In this document: positions 41,172 to 56,010 of the stretch, one piece after another | How the letters are laid out: each line of letters opens with the position of its first letter | Position numbering within the stretch: the first letter of the stretch is position 1 | Source of the DNA: Octopus sinensis | Taxonomy: Eukaryota | NCBI RefSeq assembly: GCF_006345805.1 | Contig: NC_043009.1 | Coordinates: forward strand, 5,518,001-5,582,000 | DNA length: 64,000 bases | Reading direction: 5' to 3' | The notes under the pieces: model-generated | The model's database searches: none | The model's input: the letters and a program-made list of their open reading frames with translations, nothing else | Told to the model about the DNA's origin: nothing | Translations under genes and position numbers: made by a program

Positions 41172-41780
41172 CTGCTAGAGAGACACTCGTAAAAGGTCAC
41201 AGTCGCTACCCACACTCATTTACCTATGTTTATACATTTTTTTCGCGTAGACAGCCCCTAATTAATTCTAAACTTTAAAACACAAATTATTGATCGTCAT
41301 AAAATGACAAAATATAAATTTCATTTCGTGAGGTTTCCTACCATATATATATATTTCTTCTTTATATTTCCCATTTATTTTTATCGTGAATGAAACGGTA
41401 TTAAAATGTCACCCGCTACCTCGGATACCGGATTTTACCCCTATTAAAATGTCAGATATGCACCTAAACGCAATAATAGGTGTTTATGTGTTTTCACGTA
41501 AACTTAAAGGGAATTCTTACAAATATGAAGTTAAATCTACCCCCTTGAAATATGGTGTAAAATAGAAAGTTGTCTCCATGTCAAATTTAAAATATCATAG
41601 CAAAAATATCGATAGAAAAGAATATATAAAATGTAAAGCTGAGAGCTTTTGTGTGCGCCCATATATATATATATATATATATATATGAATACACCACACG
41701 CACACACATATATACACACATATATATATATACATGGGTGTGTGTATGTATATATAGACGTATATATATGTATGTATATA

Positions 41781-41843
<63 letters not shown>

Positions 41844-42849
41844 TATATGTGTTTGTGTGTGTGTGTATGTTTGTTTGTTTGTGTGTGTGTGTGTGTGTGA
41901 AGGAATGCATATATGTGTATATGTGAAATAAATAAACAGTGGATTGTATTTAAAGTTGGGTATTGTCGCCTCTCGAAAAATTGTTTATTGATCACGCTTG
42001 AAGGATAAACCAGCACAGATATACACACGTGTGTATATGCGTATAGCATGCTTATCAGTGCATATACGTACACCCGTACAATAATCTTACAGAGGAAAAC
42101 AGATAATGAGACACACAATCACACACTCACACACTCATGTTGTTTGGGGTTTTGTGTTCGGCTGCGAATGTTAGAGTACGTATATATATAATATGTGTGT
42201 GTTTGAGTGTGTCTGTGCGTGCGTGTGTGTATGTACATACATATGAAAGGATGGTCTCAGAGTGCTATGATTATTCCATTTAGGTTTCGCTTCCTATCGC
42301 TGCTTGCATCAAACTTCCACCGCGATCAGGTTTGGGTCCTAACACAATAAATAGAGAATGAACACAGGTTTGAACTTGCTACCTTTTCATTTCGTCTATC
42401 GTACATGTTTCAGTAAACGGTAGCAAAGGGCACCCAGCTTTAGATGCAACTCATAATGGCAGAATGCACAAGCAAAGTCATCTTTAGACAGACAAATGAG
42501 TGATACAAGTCAGAGTAAACAGTTGGTAGCAAAAACATTGAAGGACTCTCAATACGGACGAAATGCTTCTTAAACTCTCTGTTGGCACGTCAGCCTAGCA
42601 ATATTTCTTAGATTAGTGGAGAACTTTCAGTGATCTTCCAGTGGATCCAAGGTTATGTTTCATTGCAATTCTATATTGTAAATCCGTGGATGGGCTCCAA
42701 ATAAACTGGTTTTTACACAGAGTGATATATAAAATATAATGGTTATTACACATTTATCCTTTCTTGCATCAAATAAAGGGAAATATATATAATAACCATT
42801 ACATTGTACATTACATATATGTGTGTGTGTGTCTATTTGTTTTTTTTTT

Positions 42850-42880
<31 letters not shown>

Positions 42881-44631
42881 GGTATATTTTTACTTTTAAA
42901 TGCATATTGATATTTAAATCTTTATTTATATTTTAAATTGCATATCTTCTACTTTCTTTTTGTGGATTTAAATCACAATCACTAGGCATACTATTATGCA
43001 ATGATAATACCATCAACAGGCATTCTGAAATTATTCTCGTTTTGGGTTTTTGCAAGAAACCTGTGAAATATAATGTTATATCTATCCATTATTTACTAAA
43101 AAACGTACTCTTTAGATTATTCTTATTATGAGTATGATTATATTGTTGTTTACATGCATTATGTAATTTCATAAGTTGTATGCGAATAACCTTGCTTGGT
43201 TAACAGCAAAACAAATGTAGGATAGACCTAATAACCATGATGTACAAATATATGAGTAGTTGCAAGACCATGTTATAAAATGAGTATAGCATGTGTTTCC
43301 ATTGAAGCATTATTATAAGTGAATGGTCATGTCATGATATACTGAAACAGGTAGATCGGAGCGAACTAACCTTATAATGTTACCTCACAGAATTTATACG
43401 TTCTTTGTTGAGCATAAACTCAAAATTCTAAATAAAGTGATATGAATATGAAAACTGATCCAATATGAACATATTCGGAGGCTTAGAGGTAGTGGAGTAT
43501 CAGATGGTATATCCACAAAAACGAAAAATGGGTGTGTATGATTGGATAGATATATGTAAGTATAAACATATGTATGTATATTAGTGTTACATAATTGTGT
43601 TACATGTATGTAGAAAAGTGCATGCCAGTAAATCTTGCTTTAGTTGCCTCTCTTAATGATTTCTTAAGCAAATGTGACGGTGCCCGGCGACTCTGAAGTT
43701 ATAAAATCAAAAATATATCCGTAAATAGATAGGTTTTGACCATCTGCCGTGCCAAGGAGCTGAACGTATGCTTCTGGTTTCCTTTGAAGTGGAAAGACAC
43801 AATAAACAAATAATTGTTCATATTTATCAGCTTACAACATTTTATCTTACAATGTCCGCATATAATTTCTAAAAGTCGAGACAATTCTGCGGTTAAGAAT
43901 GGAGTGCAAAGGGGGTTCCTTTATTTCTACTTTCCTTTCTATCAATTTACTTCTGGTATTCTTTCTTATTTGTATATGCGTTGACCACTGAAAATAGTAT
44001 AGTGGTGTGGGTATAAAACAAAGAGAACTAAAGATGATCTGGTAGTCCTTTAGACACTTATCACCTAATGACGTGCATGTATACAGCTGTTGTTGGATCA
44101 TATTAACGCAATGATTTGTGCATTTATAAGAAACATTCAGTAATTGACAGCTGATATTGATGAGCCGAAACAATTGGAGTGATTTCTAATAAAACCTGTT
44201 CATTCCATCTTCTCATCTTAAAATTCCGTTGCATTTTACTCTAAACTCAAAGGAGACTGGCAGATTGCACATGTATATCCTGTAATAGGAGAGGTCCTGG
44301 TGTATGATAACATCTGGTAGCCGATACCCGAAGAGAAGCTTCGGAAAGCATGGCATGAGGATAATATCAAAATAGTGGAATCTAATGCTCTTAGCCTAGA
44401 TTTTCTTGGGGTTGACCAGATTAGAGCAATCTCGAGTATAACCAGCAGAAATTGCAAAGATACTCTGGAAATCGACTGAGGAAAGAATGACCCATGTGTT
44501 TCTTTGTAACATCTATCTGGATGGTTTGTTGTCCCCTTTTTTGTATCACCTAATTGTCTGGATGTTTTGCGTTCTTGTCCCATTTTGTATTTTTCATATG
44601 TATGTGTATATATATATATATATATATATAC

Positions 44632-46127
<1,496 letters not shown>

Positions 46128-46862
46128 CCGGTTTAAAGTCTACTAGAACAAAATAGTTGTCATTGATAAGTGGTTAATATTTTCGTTATTTAAAGCAATC
46201 TTTTCAATGGATGTACGTGTTATCATGGCTTTTATAACAGTTATCTTGTTTTCTTGGAGCCCAGTGCGTTGGCTAGACACGTTGTATCGATACAGTTAAG
46301 ACCCATTGTCCGCTTCACATAACATGTTACAATGCTTTCACACCTCACTGGCTTTGTAATTCACTGCATTACCTCCCCTGATAAAAGCTAATAAAGACAT
46401 GTGCCAATCGGCCTTTGTTGACTGGCGCGGACACATTATAAACCTAGCCTTACATCATTTCAACATAGAGATATATTTTAAGCTTCATAGTGAACAAGAT
46501 AGCTGAAAGAGACCAGAACACTGGCTTTTCTCTCAGACAAAAGCCATCGCTTTCTCTGAAGCGTTAATAACTATATTATTGTCTGTTTTCCTCAGCAAGT
46601 AATCTTGGCTGCTATGCAAAATTATATGTCTTTAGTGAAACAAATCTGAGTAAAGGAAATTAAATGAATACATAAAAAAACGCATAATTACGCTGTATTT
46701 CCTGTAGCTCACGTGGTACAGTCTACTATCTAATAGAAAGATCTTGAACCTCTAATATTTTTGTTTGTATTCATATTAAGCATTGGTCAATTTGTATACA
46801 TTTCAATTTAATACATATTTTTGTCCTATATTTTTTGTGAAGATTTCAATGGAAATATATAT

Positions 46863-46911
<49 letters not shown>

Positions 46912-46960
46912 TACATCATTCTTTCCCTATGCAATATTGAGTACAATACCAGACATAAGT

Positions 46961-47575
46961 AAGGCGGCGAGCAGCTAGAAACGTTAGCACGCCGGGTGAA
47001 ATGCTTAGCGGTATTTCGTCTGCCGTTACGTTCTGAGTTCAAATTCCGCCGAGGTCGACTTTGCCTTTCATACTTTGCCTTTTAGCCTTTCGGGGTCGAT
47101 TGAATTAAGTACCAGTTACGCACTGGGGTCGATATAATCGACTTAATCTGTTTGTTTGTCCTTGTTTGTCCCCTTTATGTTTAGTCCCTTGTGGGTAATA
47201 AAGAAAGAGGTACTTCGTCTGTCTTTACGTTCTGAGTTCAAATTCCGCCGAGGTCGACTTTACCTTTCATCCTTTCGGGGTCGATAAATTAAGTACCAGT
47301 TACGCACCTGGAGTCTTTATAATCGACTTAATCCGTTTGTCTGTCCTTGTTTGTCCCCTCTATATGCAGACCCTTGTGTGCAGTAAAGAAATAAGAAATG
47401 TTAGCACGCCGAGCGAAATGCTTATGGTATTTCGTCTGTCTTTACATTCTGAACTTAAATTACGCCGAGGTCGACTTTCCCTTTTATCTTTACAGGGTCG
47501 ATAAATTAAGTACCAGCTTCGTACTGGGATCCCGTCCCCAGAAATGTCGGTCCCCATGCCTAGAGTAGAAAAGAA
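46961..47575 (+). mobile_element. Three tandem SINE family A copies
   Basis: The ttacgttctgagttcaaattccgccgaggtcgac-type body recurs at ~47027, ~47226 and ~47442. Confidence 0.88.
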
Positions 47576-50129
47576 TGTCATACATAAGCAAATACTATTC
47601 TATTTTACACAGTATAAACACGAAAGTTTGCAAATCATGTTTTATACGTTCTCGCTTAGATAAACAATATTCTCATCCTAGAAATATTTTCCCGTTATAA
47701 ATCAGCTTTTTTATTTTTATAAGAAACACTAAGGTATTATGGGATATTTACTAGAGTTACACCATCTACAAATTGCATTATAAACATTGCATATAAAGCA
47801 ACAGTAATATTTTCCTTCTGTGAAAAGTAATTGCACTGTATATTTTAATGGTAAACAATACTATTTTATATAAAGGTGACGAAATATGTAACAAGACAAA
47901 TCGCTATATTCAGTGCATCGTAAAATTTATTCCACGTCTTATTAATATAAACTGTTGACAGGTAATATGAATATTTTCGAAGTGAAAAGATTGCGAAGAC
48001 GTTTGCTTCCATAGAAAACATTGCTATTTTAAGTTATCTATATATAAGGAAAATTTAGCTCTTTGGAATTACATGGAATTGTTATTTTGTGCAGGAATAT
48101 AGCTTTTTATTTACTTTTCATAACGCACAACAGAAAAAAGAAAATAAAGATAAGAATGTATTTAATGAAATATTAACATATTTTGCATCAACATGTAACA
48201 ATCGCGATGTAAATTGATATCCATGTGAAGAGAACAAATTTGATTATATATTATAAAATTATTCATTCGCTATATCTATTTGGGTGCCTAACGTGATCTC
48301 TTTCTATAAATATTTGCTTGTATGTGTACATGTGTGGGTATGGGTGTGTAAGAGAGCACGAAACTGTTTATTTTCACACTGGGGAACTCTGTGGAACGAA
48401 TAAGAGTAGGGACATCCACTACATGTTGCTTATGATAAGGTCTATTCGAACTGTAAGCTTATCGCGCGCCTCGAGTTTCATGCAATAGCGAACTTCAGGT
48501 GAGAGTTCTCATAACACAGTGTGACTGGATGGAATTCCCCGCCGGTATGTGTATGTGTGCGTGCGTGAGAATGGGTATGTGTGTATGCGTGTGCGTGTTC
48601 GTGTGTTTGGCATTAGTTTCTTGATTCTATCTGCTGATTAGTCTGCTTTTCTCGTTTGCTGATTCATTGTTTTTTTTTCCTGCCACAAGCAGTTTTTTTT
48701 CTTGAACGACGTATTAAGGAATCGTTTTTCTGGGATGGGTGGAGGTCGTAAAATAAAGTACCAGTTGAGCACCGGAGCCTTTCTTAATGAAGCTTATTAA
48801 ACCCCTTTTTTTCCGTTCTGAGTTCAAATACCTTTGACTTTGCCTTTTATCGTACATATATGTACGATAAAATGAGTACCAGTAGAACACTGCTATGGAT
48901 GTCATCCACTTGCTGTATCCTCTGAATTTGTTGACCTTGAGCCAAAATTTGAAGCGAATATTCAATGCTGGCCTCGTAGATATGCAACGTGTTTTCAACA
49001 TGCAGTACTATTTAGCATGCAAATGCATTAATTTTTTTAAATTCTTGTGCTCCGGAATAGGAAAAGACTATATGTACATATATATGTTATGTAATAACAT
49101 TTATATGTACATATATGTAATATACGTACATTTATATAAGTTATGTAATAACGTTCAAACTACTTGATCATTGACAGGAAAGGTTCATTCATCATAAATT
49201 CTAAATGAATGGAATCTTGTTTACCAAATATATAAAGAAATTACCTGACTCACCCTTCCTTCTCTCAACATTATAGCGCAATTGGACACGTATAATTTTC
49301 TAAAGAGACAAAAATTATATCTGTATATGTATGCATGTATGTATGTATATATGTATGGTTGTGCGTATGTGTATACAGGTATGTATGTCTGTATGTATGT
49401 ATTTACGCATGTTTGTATAAATGCATGCATGAATATATATATGTATGTATCCATGTATTTAACTATTTTTCTATCTATCTATCAATCTGTTGCCTATCCA
49501 TTTGTCTGTCTGTATACATGTGTGCTAAAATTTGCGAGTGCGCCAGTGTATATACACATTTCACTGAATATTTCGTCGGTATAGAGCCATACAGCAAAAT
49601 AGCTGTTACTGTTTCGTACACAAGTTAAACTTGTGCATGAATTCTCTGAAAATAACACTTTATTTTCATTATCATTTATTTTATAGCTAAGTTGGTGCTA
49701 CTTTAATAGATGTACTTGATAACTACAATCTCCGATGTGTTTCACCTGTTCTTGTTTATTGTATCAAACAAGTTATCTCTAACATAATCGGAAACACGAT
49801 GTAATTAAAGAAATTTAACACGGAAATATATTGATAATAAAGATAGCGAATTCATCAGTTCATGAAAAAAAGATATTATTTTCAAGATTTCTTTGTGTAA
49901 ATGTCAGTTTTGTTGTCTTTAGAATAATAGATTTGTGCATTACATTTTATTTTTGACGTTTATTCCACTCACAGTAGATTTGTTTTAATGTTAACCAATA
50001 TAAGTAAATGACCCTGCTTTGGCCAATGAGATTGGCTTACAAGCTGCTGTGTAAACTGTTGCGTGATGGTTTCGACCTGATACAAATCGTCAAATCTCTC
50101 GAATATAGACTTGTAATTTTGGCACAAAG

Positions 50130-50602
50130 CTTGCAATTTCGGGGAAGTTGGTATGTCAATTACATCATCCCCAGTTCCCAACTGTTACTTGTTTCATCGA
50201 CTCGCAAAGGATGAACGGTTAAGTCAACCTCAGCGGTATTCGAACTCTGAAGGCGATAACGATCAACATGCGGTTAAGTGTTATACCCGCCGTGGTAACG
50301 ATTCTACAGGCTCGCCGACAGAAACCTCTCAAATATTGACTTGAAATTTTTGGCACACAGGCAGGAATTTCAGGGAAGTAGTTAAGTCAATTACATTGAC
50401 CCGCCCCCTTGTCCAATATTCAGTAGGTACTTACTCTATCTATCCTGAATGGATGACAGACAAATTCAACATGTGCGGAAGTTGAACTCAGAATTCAAAA
50501 AGTAAGAGATGCCACTAAGAATTTTACCAGTGTGCTAAAGATTTTGCCAGCTCACCATCTTCACTGCCTAACTACTAGTGCCGATGATAATGATGATGAT
50601 GT

Positions 50603-50648
<46 letters not shown>

Positions 50649-50691
50649 AATGAAGATGACGACCATAATAATAATAATAATAATAATAATA

Positions 50692-50722
<31 letters not shown>

Positions 50723-50870
50723 AATAATAATAATAACGGTTTTAAATTATTCCACAAGGGCAGCAATTTTGGTGGGGGGATGAGTCAATTACATCGGCTC
50801 CAATGTTCAATTAGTACTTATTTTATCGACCGCGAATTGATGAGAGGCAACGTCGACCTTTGCAGAAGAG
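50130..50870 (-). mobile_element. Several degenerate SINE family A-related copies
   Basis: Repeated gtcaattacat...gtactt...atcgac motifs at ~50156, ~50386 and ~50784. Confidence 0.55.
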
Positions 50871-50889
50871 TAGTAATCAATAATATTAA

Positions 50890-52004
50890 TACTGAGCAGG
50901 GGTAATCTCATGGACAGTAGACGAAGTGAACAGCCTTGACAGCGAGACAAGGAAGTTGATGACCAGATATGCGATACTCCATCCAAAAAGTGCCAAGAAA
51001 AATGAGTGGGAAGAGGACTGCTTGGATGAGTACGCAGCATTAGAGCAGAAGAAACCACCATAGCATGGTATGTAAAATATGTTACGGAACAACTATTACT
51101 GGAAGTAAGAAGGTCAGGCGTGTATAGGATGGAACATTACAAAGATAAATCTCTGTACATGCACTTGAGAATGAATGAAACTGAAAACAGGTGGATAAAG
51201 AAAAGAATGCATGCACAATTTCAGAGGGATGTTGAAAATAAGACAGACAGGGAAAAAAAGATGGCTATGGATGACTAAAAGTTATTTAAAACTGGAAATG
51301 GAGGCTCTAATATGTATTGTCCAAGAGGAAGCATTAAGGACCAATTACATCAAATGCAGAATAGACAACACATCAGAAAGAGATAAGTGCAGAATCTGTG
51401 GACAAAAAGGTGAAACCGTATGGTATATTACCAGTCAATGTGTGCTACTTGCCCAGAAAGAATATACGAGACGTCATGACAACATAGCAAGGATTGTCCA
51501 TTGGACTCTTTGCAACAATGGACTTGACGGAGCAAAAATATTGGAACGAATATAAATCCCAAGGCATCATCGAAAATGATAGCGCAAAAATCCTATGGAA
51601 TTTTATGATTCAGTGCGACCATGAGATAGAGAATAGAAAGGCAGACATAGTGATAATTGAGAAAGAAAGTAAACGATACTGAATCGTAGATATAGCATGC
51701 CCAACTGACAAGGTATGCGATTAAGAAGAAAGAAAAGTCGATAGATATAACAGATTAGCTAGGGAGGTTTAGCAGTTGTGTTTGCTGAAAGAGGTGGTAG
51801 TAGTACCAATAATTGTCGGAGCACTGGGAACAGTGTGTAAAAATCTCGAGACGTACATGGAGCAAATAGGGGCTGCAATAAGGGTGGAGCGTTTGCAGAA
51901 AGCAGCACTACTTGGAACCGCTCGGATACTCCGGAGGGTGTTCATTGGTAGTGAACAGCTGATACCGTAGTACGTTTCCAGCGTTAGGTGTGCAAACACA
52001 ATTA

Positions 52005-52005
<1 letters not shown>
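50890..52005 (+). mobile_element. 5'-truncated, decayed R4/Dong-like non-LTR retrotransposon
   Basis: Translates to WTVDEVNSLDSETRKLMT...QEEALRTNY...CRICGQKGETVWYITSQC...YTRRHD...KILWNFMIQCDHEIENRKADIV...IVDIACP...PIIVGALG...LQKAALLGTARILRRV. This is the R4-clade CCHC plus RLE region. Followed by (AAT)n. Confidence 0.85.
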
Positions 52006-52054
<49 letters not shown>

Positions 52055-52077
52055 TAATAATAATAATAATAATAATC

Positions 52078-52109
<32 letters not shown>

Positions 52110-52273
52110 GTAGAAGTAGAAGACGAAGAAGAAGAGAAGAAGAAGGAGGAGGAGGAGGAGGGGAGGAGGAGAAGAAGAAGAAACTAAAGAAGTGGAAGAA
52201 GAAGAAGAATGTTGATGAAGACGATAATAATGACGACGACGGCGTCGATAACAGTGATGATGACGATGATGAC

Positions 52274-52335
<62 letters not shown>

Positions 52336-52355
52336 CGACGACGATGACAATGATG
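52005..52355. repeat. (AAT)n, (GAA/GAG)n and (GAT)n compound repeat
   Basis: Seen directly. Confidence 0.95.
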
Positions 52356-52839
52356 ATGTGCTTTCCACACTAGCTTTTTCATTCCTCATTTCCAGGTATT
52401 GAATAATTTATTATGATTACATTTCAACTCAGTCGCATAGTCGTGTAGATATCTTCAAACGCCAATACATTTTTATGGATATCGCAGATATTTATTCTGC
52501 TAGAAAAAATTTATACTAAACAATTAAATTTCGTAAAATATTTGTTTTGTTATTATCTCATACGGAAATTTAATTTCCATCTCCCAGGTCTATGATATTG
52601 TAAAACATGTTTAGACATAAAATGTTTAGTACTTGCTGACCTGCTTTAAGTCATACGTGTTTGTTTGTTTATTACTTTTTTTAAAATTATTGTTGCCATT
52701 GTCAGAATCTACAAATTTGTGTATCATTATTAATCTAGCTATTTTATGCCGTTTTCTTGCTTTGTTAATTTTGCTTTATGTCATGTCGTGAAACATGAAC
52801 ACAGTTCCTCAAAGACAGTCGCACAAAATATAAAGACAA

Positions 52840-52885
<46 letters not shown>

Positions 52886-52959
52886 ATATATATATATATA
52901 TATTATATATATATATATATATATATTTATATAGGTGTATATATATATTTGTTTTTTTT

Positions 52960-53095
52960 TCTGTGTCCCTATCTGTAGAAGAGCGTAGGCTCGAAACATA
53001 AATGACTTTTTCTATTCCTGAGCGTTATACTAATACATCTGTTTGTTTTGTACACCACCTGTCTTCGTCTTTTGTGTTTTTCGTAAACTCTCCCT
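52960..53095 (+). mobile_element. Short Penelope-derived element with mutated minimal hammerhead (52965-53006)
   Basis: ctat-CTGTAGA-A-GAGC(gtag)GCTC-GAAAC-ATA. Homologous to 31692-31835. Ends at (TA)n. Confidence 0.7.
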
Positions 53096-53149
53096 ATATA
53101 TATATATATTATATATATATATATATATGCATATATATATATGTATATA

Positions 53150-53685
53150 CAGGGGGCGGTGAATAAACCGTCGTGTAAATAACATTACACATAAATACGT
53201 CGAAATGCTAAAGAATAAATCTTCAGACGACTTCGGAACATCCTGCAACTCTTCTCGACGGTCTCCTTTTTTAAGTTGGTTAATGCTGCCATAATACTTG
53301 CCTTCAGCTCACCTTTCCTTTTACAATGAATTGGGTTTTGCAATCTGGGAAGTTAGGTGGCCAGACGTTAGGGGTGATGTGGTCGCAGAAATTGTTTGAC
53401 AGCAATGACTGGGTTGGTCTGCTTGTGTGGCATGGTGCAGAGTCCTGTTGCCAGACCTAGGTTGTTCCACCATCCACTTTCTTCGCCCAGGCCATCACTA
53501 CCTCGTCAAGGGACTTGATGTAGGCCTCCTTATTGTGTCTGAAGCCGCGCGGAACGATGCATGGAGTCATAACGTCGCCATGCTAGTAATCACACCAATC
53601 ACTATGATGTTGACTGGGTGTTTGAATCTCATCACTCTCAGTGCATGTGTTGGGGACACGGCAAGCCAACAGTTGTTCTATATGT
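53150..53685 (-). mobile_element. Decayed Tc1/mariner (maT/DD37D-like) transposase 3' part with terminal repeat
   Basis: The minus strand gives KHPVNIIVIGVI...YIKSLDEVV...VWQQDSAPCHTS...VWPPNFPDC. The element end is TA|CAGGGGGCGGTG at 53148-53161. Confidence 0.8.
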
Positions 53686-55596
53686 GAGGGATGTATAAGT
53701 TCAGCATTTCGGATAGTTGACGTATCATCGATGGCAGAAAAATAGAATGAATATTAAAGCTTTTTCGAATCATTCGTTCTTGTTTTTATATGTTTTACTA
53801 CCTTCTATGCGTTTCCAGCCTTTTTTATTTGATGAAGGAAATCATTCCGAAACGTGAAACTCTTCTACGCTATAGAAAAAGTAAACCGCATAATGTGCAA
53901 ACCGTTTCATTTTTCATAATCGTCTCATATAATTTCAGAACTTAGTATGAGCTTGTTATTTTATTATCGACGAATCATAACTAAAAATCAAACTAAGCCG
54001 CAATGTAACTTGCCATATATTATATAAGACTGTGTCTGTATAATTTTCTCTTTCAATAATATCTTGATTATAGAAACGCATTCTATTTGCTTACTGAAAG
54101 CTTAAAAGTTTCCAAATAGATTCCGCACATATCCAGAAGTGGCTACCGCCGATGTAATTGTCCCTAAATTCTGAGTGATGCTTATTTTATTGAACATAGT
54201 AGGAGGAAGAATGATTCGACGGTTGCAGCATTTGAAACAAAAACATTAGAGAGTGTATTTGAATAAATACTGCAATAAATGTGTGTCGCTCTGTCAGCCG
54301 AACTTGACATCCAGCACCATGATGAATAGAGTAATATAGTAAACCCTGAAGGAAAATAAAACCAATGACACGAATGGAGAGTATCTGGTTAACGAAACGC
54401 AGTATCTAACTGTTTGTTTTATTGTGATTAGCAGGAAGAAAGAGAAAATAAAGTACTTACAGGATTTTATTGTATCGGTGTTTTCTCAATTCTTGTCTAC
54501 TACCTTGGGAACTGCTGGAGGAATTAGGTTCATTTTAATGTAGTGTAAATGCTTGAAATACAGCTTTAACTTATGTAATTTGCATCAACTTTCACACACA
54601 GCTCTATATAATATCAACCGAAAATGAAGCCTGGTGTCTCGAAGCAGATTAAGAATGCATATAATGAGATCAGTCGAATGGGACGTGTATGCCATCCATG
54701 ATTTTGATTGAAATAGTAATTATAAGGTCTTCAAAGGGAGGACTTTTACTGCTCTTGCCTCAGCTTATTAATGATAATAGTTTTCCAATAGCTGATGGAT
54801 GCAATGTGAAGCTAGAACAGTTAAATGCAATATTTCAACGTGCTAACTTTCTGGTTCAAAACTTAACTTGGTTAAAAATAAACTTTACCGTATCTTGATA
54901 TGATATACCCATAGCCACCCACCCCAACACATTTCACTCTACAAATTAAGACGTATCTTAGAATTTTCAATGTTAAATGCCTATTCATTCTTATTGAAAT
55001 CATTTCAATTTGCCAACGAAACTGAATTTGTAGCACTGAGAATATTTCTTTTAAATGGAGATGAGAAATTCACCAGCATTCTTTTCAAATTGATCTCTGT
55101 ATGTTTTGTCTCTTTCTTTACAAAATTCCAGCTGTTCTGTAATGCTTCAAACTTTATATTAGAAACGGTGTTAAGAAACGACAGAAGAAGAAAGAGTTGA
55201 ATTGTGTCAGTGATCCTGTCTTAGACATTCAACAACCAAGACTTTCTGTTAGTGTTATAAACACTTTAATATATACAATACTATCTGGTGCATTATATTA
55301 TACGATACTATGAAGAAATAAAATATAACTGATATAATGACATGCATTGTAAATAGATTTCATATCTCCTCCTTCACCAAGTAAAGAAAACCTTACATGT
55401 AGTCACATGCTATATAAGTATCAGTCCGACATCTTAAATAAACATTTAAGCAATATCAAAATGTTAACTAGTCTACCAAACAGTACATATTTTATAATCC
55501 AATGATCCTCAACTGTGCTAAAATTTTAAATTATTTTAAACGTGAATAGCGACCAGATGGAAAATATTGTTTCTGAATTATACTTAATAGTAATTG

Positions 55597-56010
55597 ACGG
55601 ATCTTTTCGGTTTGAAAGGCAGTTTTTAACATAATTTCTAAGTAACTACAAAATTTTTAACTTCGTATACTGTTAGAATGTGTTTATAAAACATCTTTTT
55701 CTCTTGGCTTTAATGAAAAACGTCTATAGTTTGTAAGATATTTGTTGTGTTTTTTCTTCAATTTCAGCAATTTCAACTAATCACTGACGTCTATTGAGGT
55801 AAAAACATTCTGTGCCGTATGAATATGTCTCTCGTTTAAGAAACAGATTGGGTTTATTTAATTTTGTGAAAAAAAGATACCCTTCCCCCCACCCCTAACC
55901 CTAACTCTAAAACATTGAAATGCAATAGATCGATACTAGGGTCATAATTATGGGTGACAATTTCATATGACACCGCTAGAAAAACTGCCGTTCAAACCGA
56001 AAAGATCCGT
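55597..56010. mobile_element. MITE with ~31 bp terminal inverted repeats
   Basis: acggatcttttcggtttgaaaggcagttttt ... aaaaactgccgttcaaaccgaaaagatccgt. No internal coding capacity. Confidence 0.85.

Noticed and set aside
55060-55130. Possible exon EQLEFCKERDKTYRDQFEKNA on the minus strand
   Set aside because: Poor acceptor, an upstream in-frame stop, and no supporting context.
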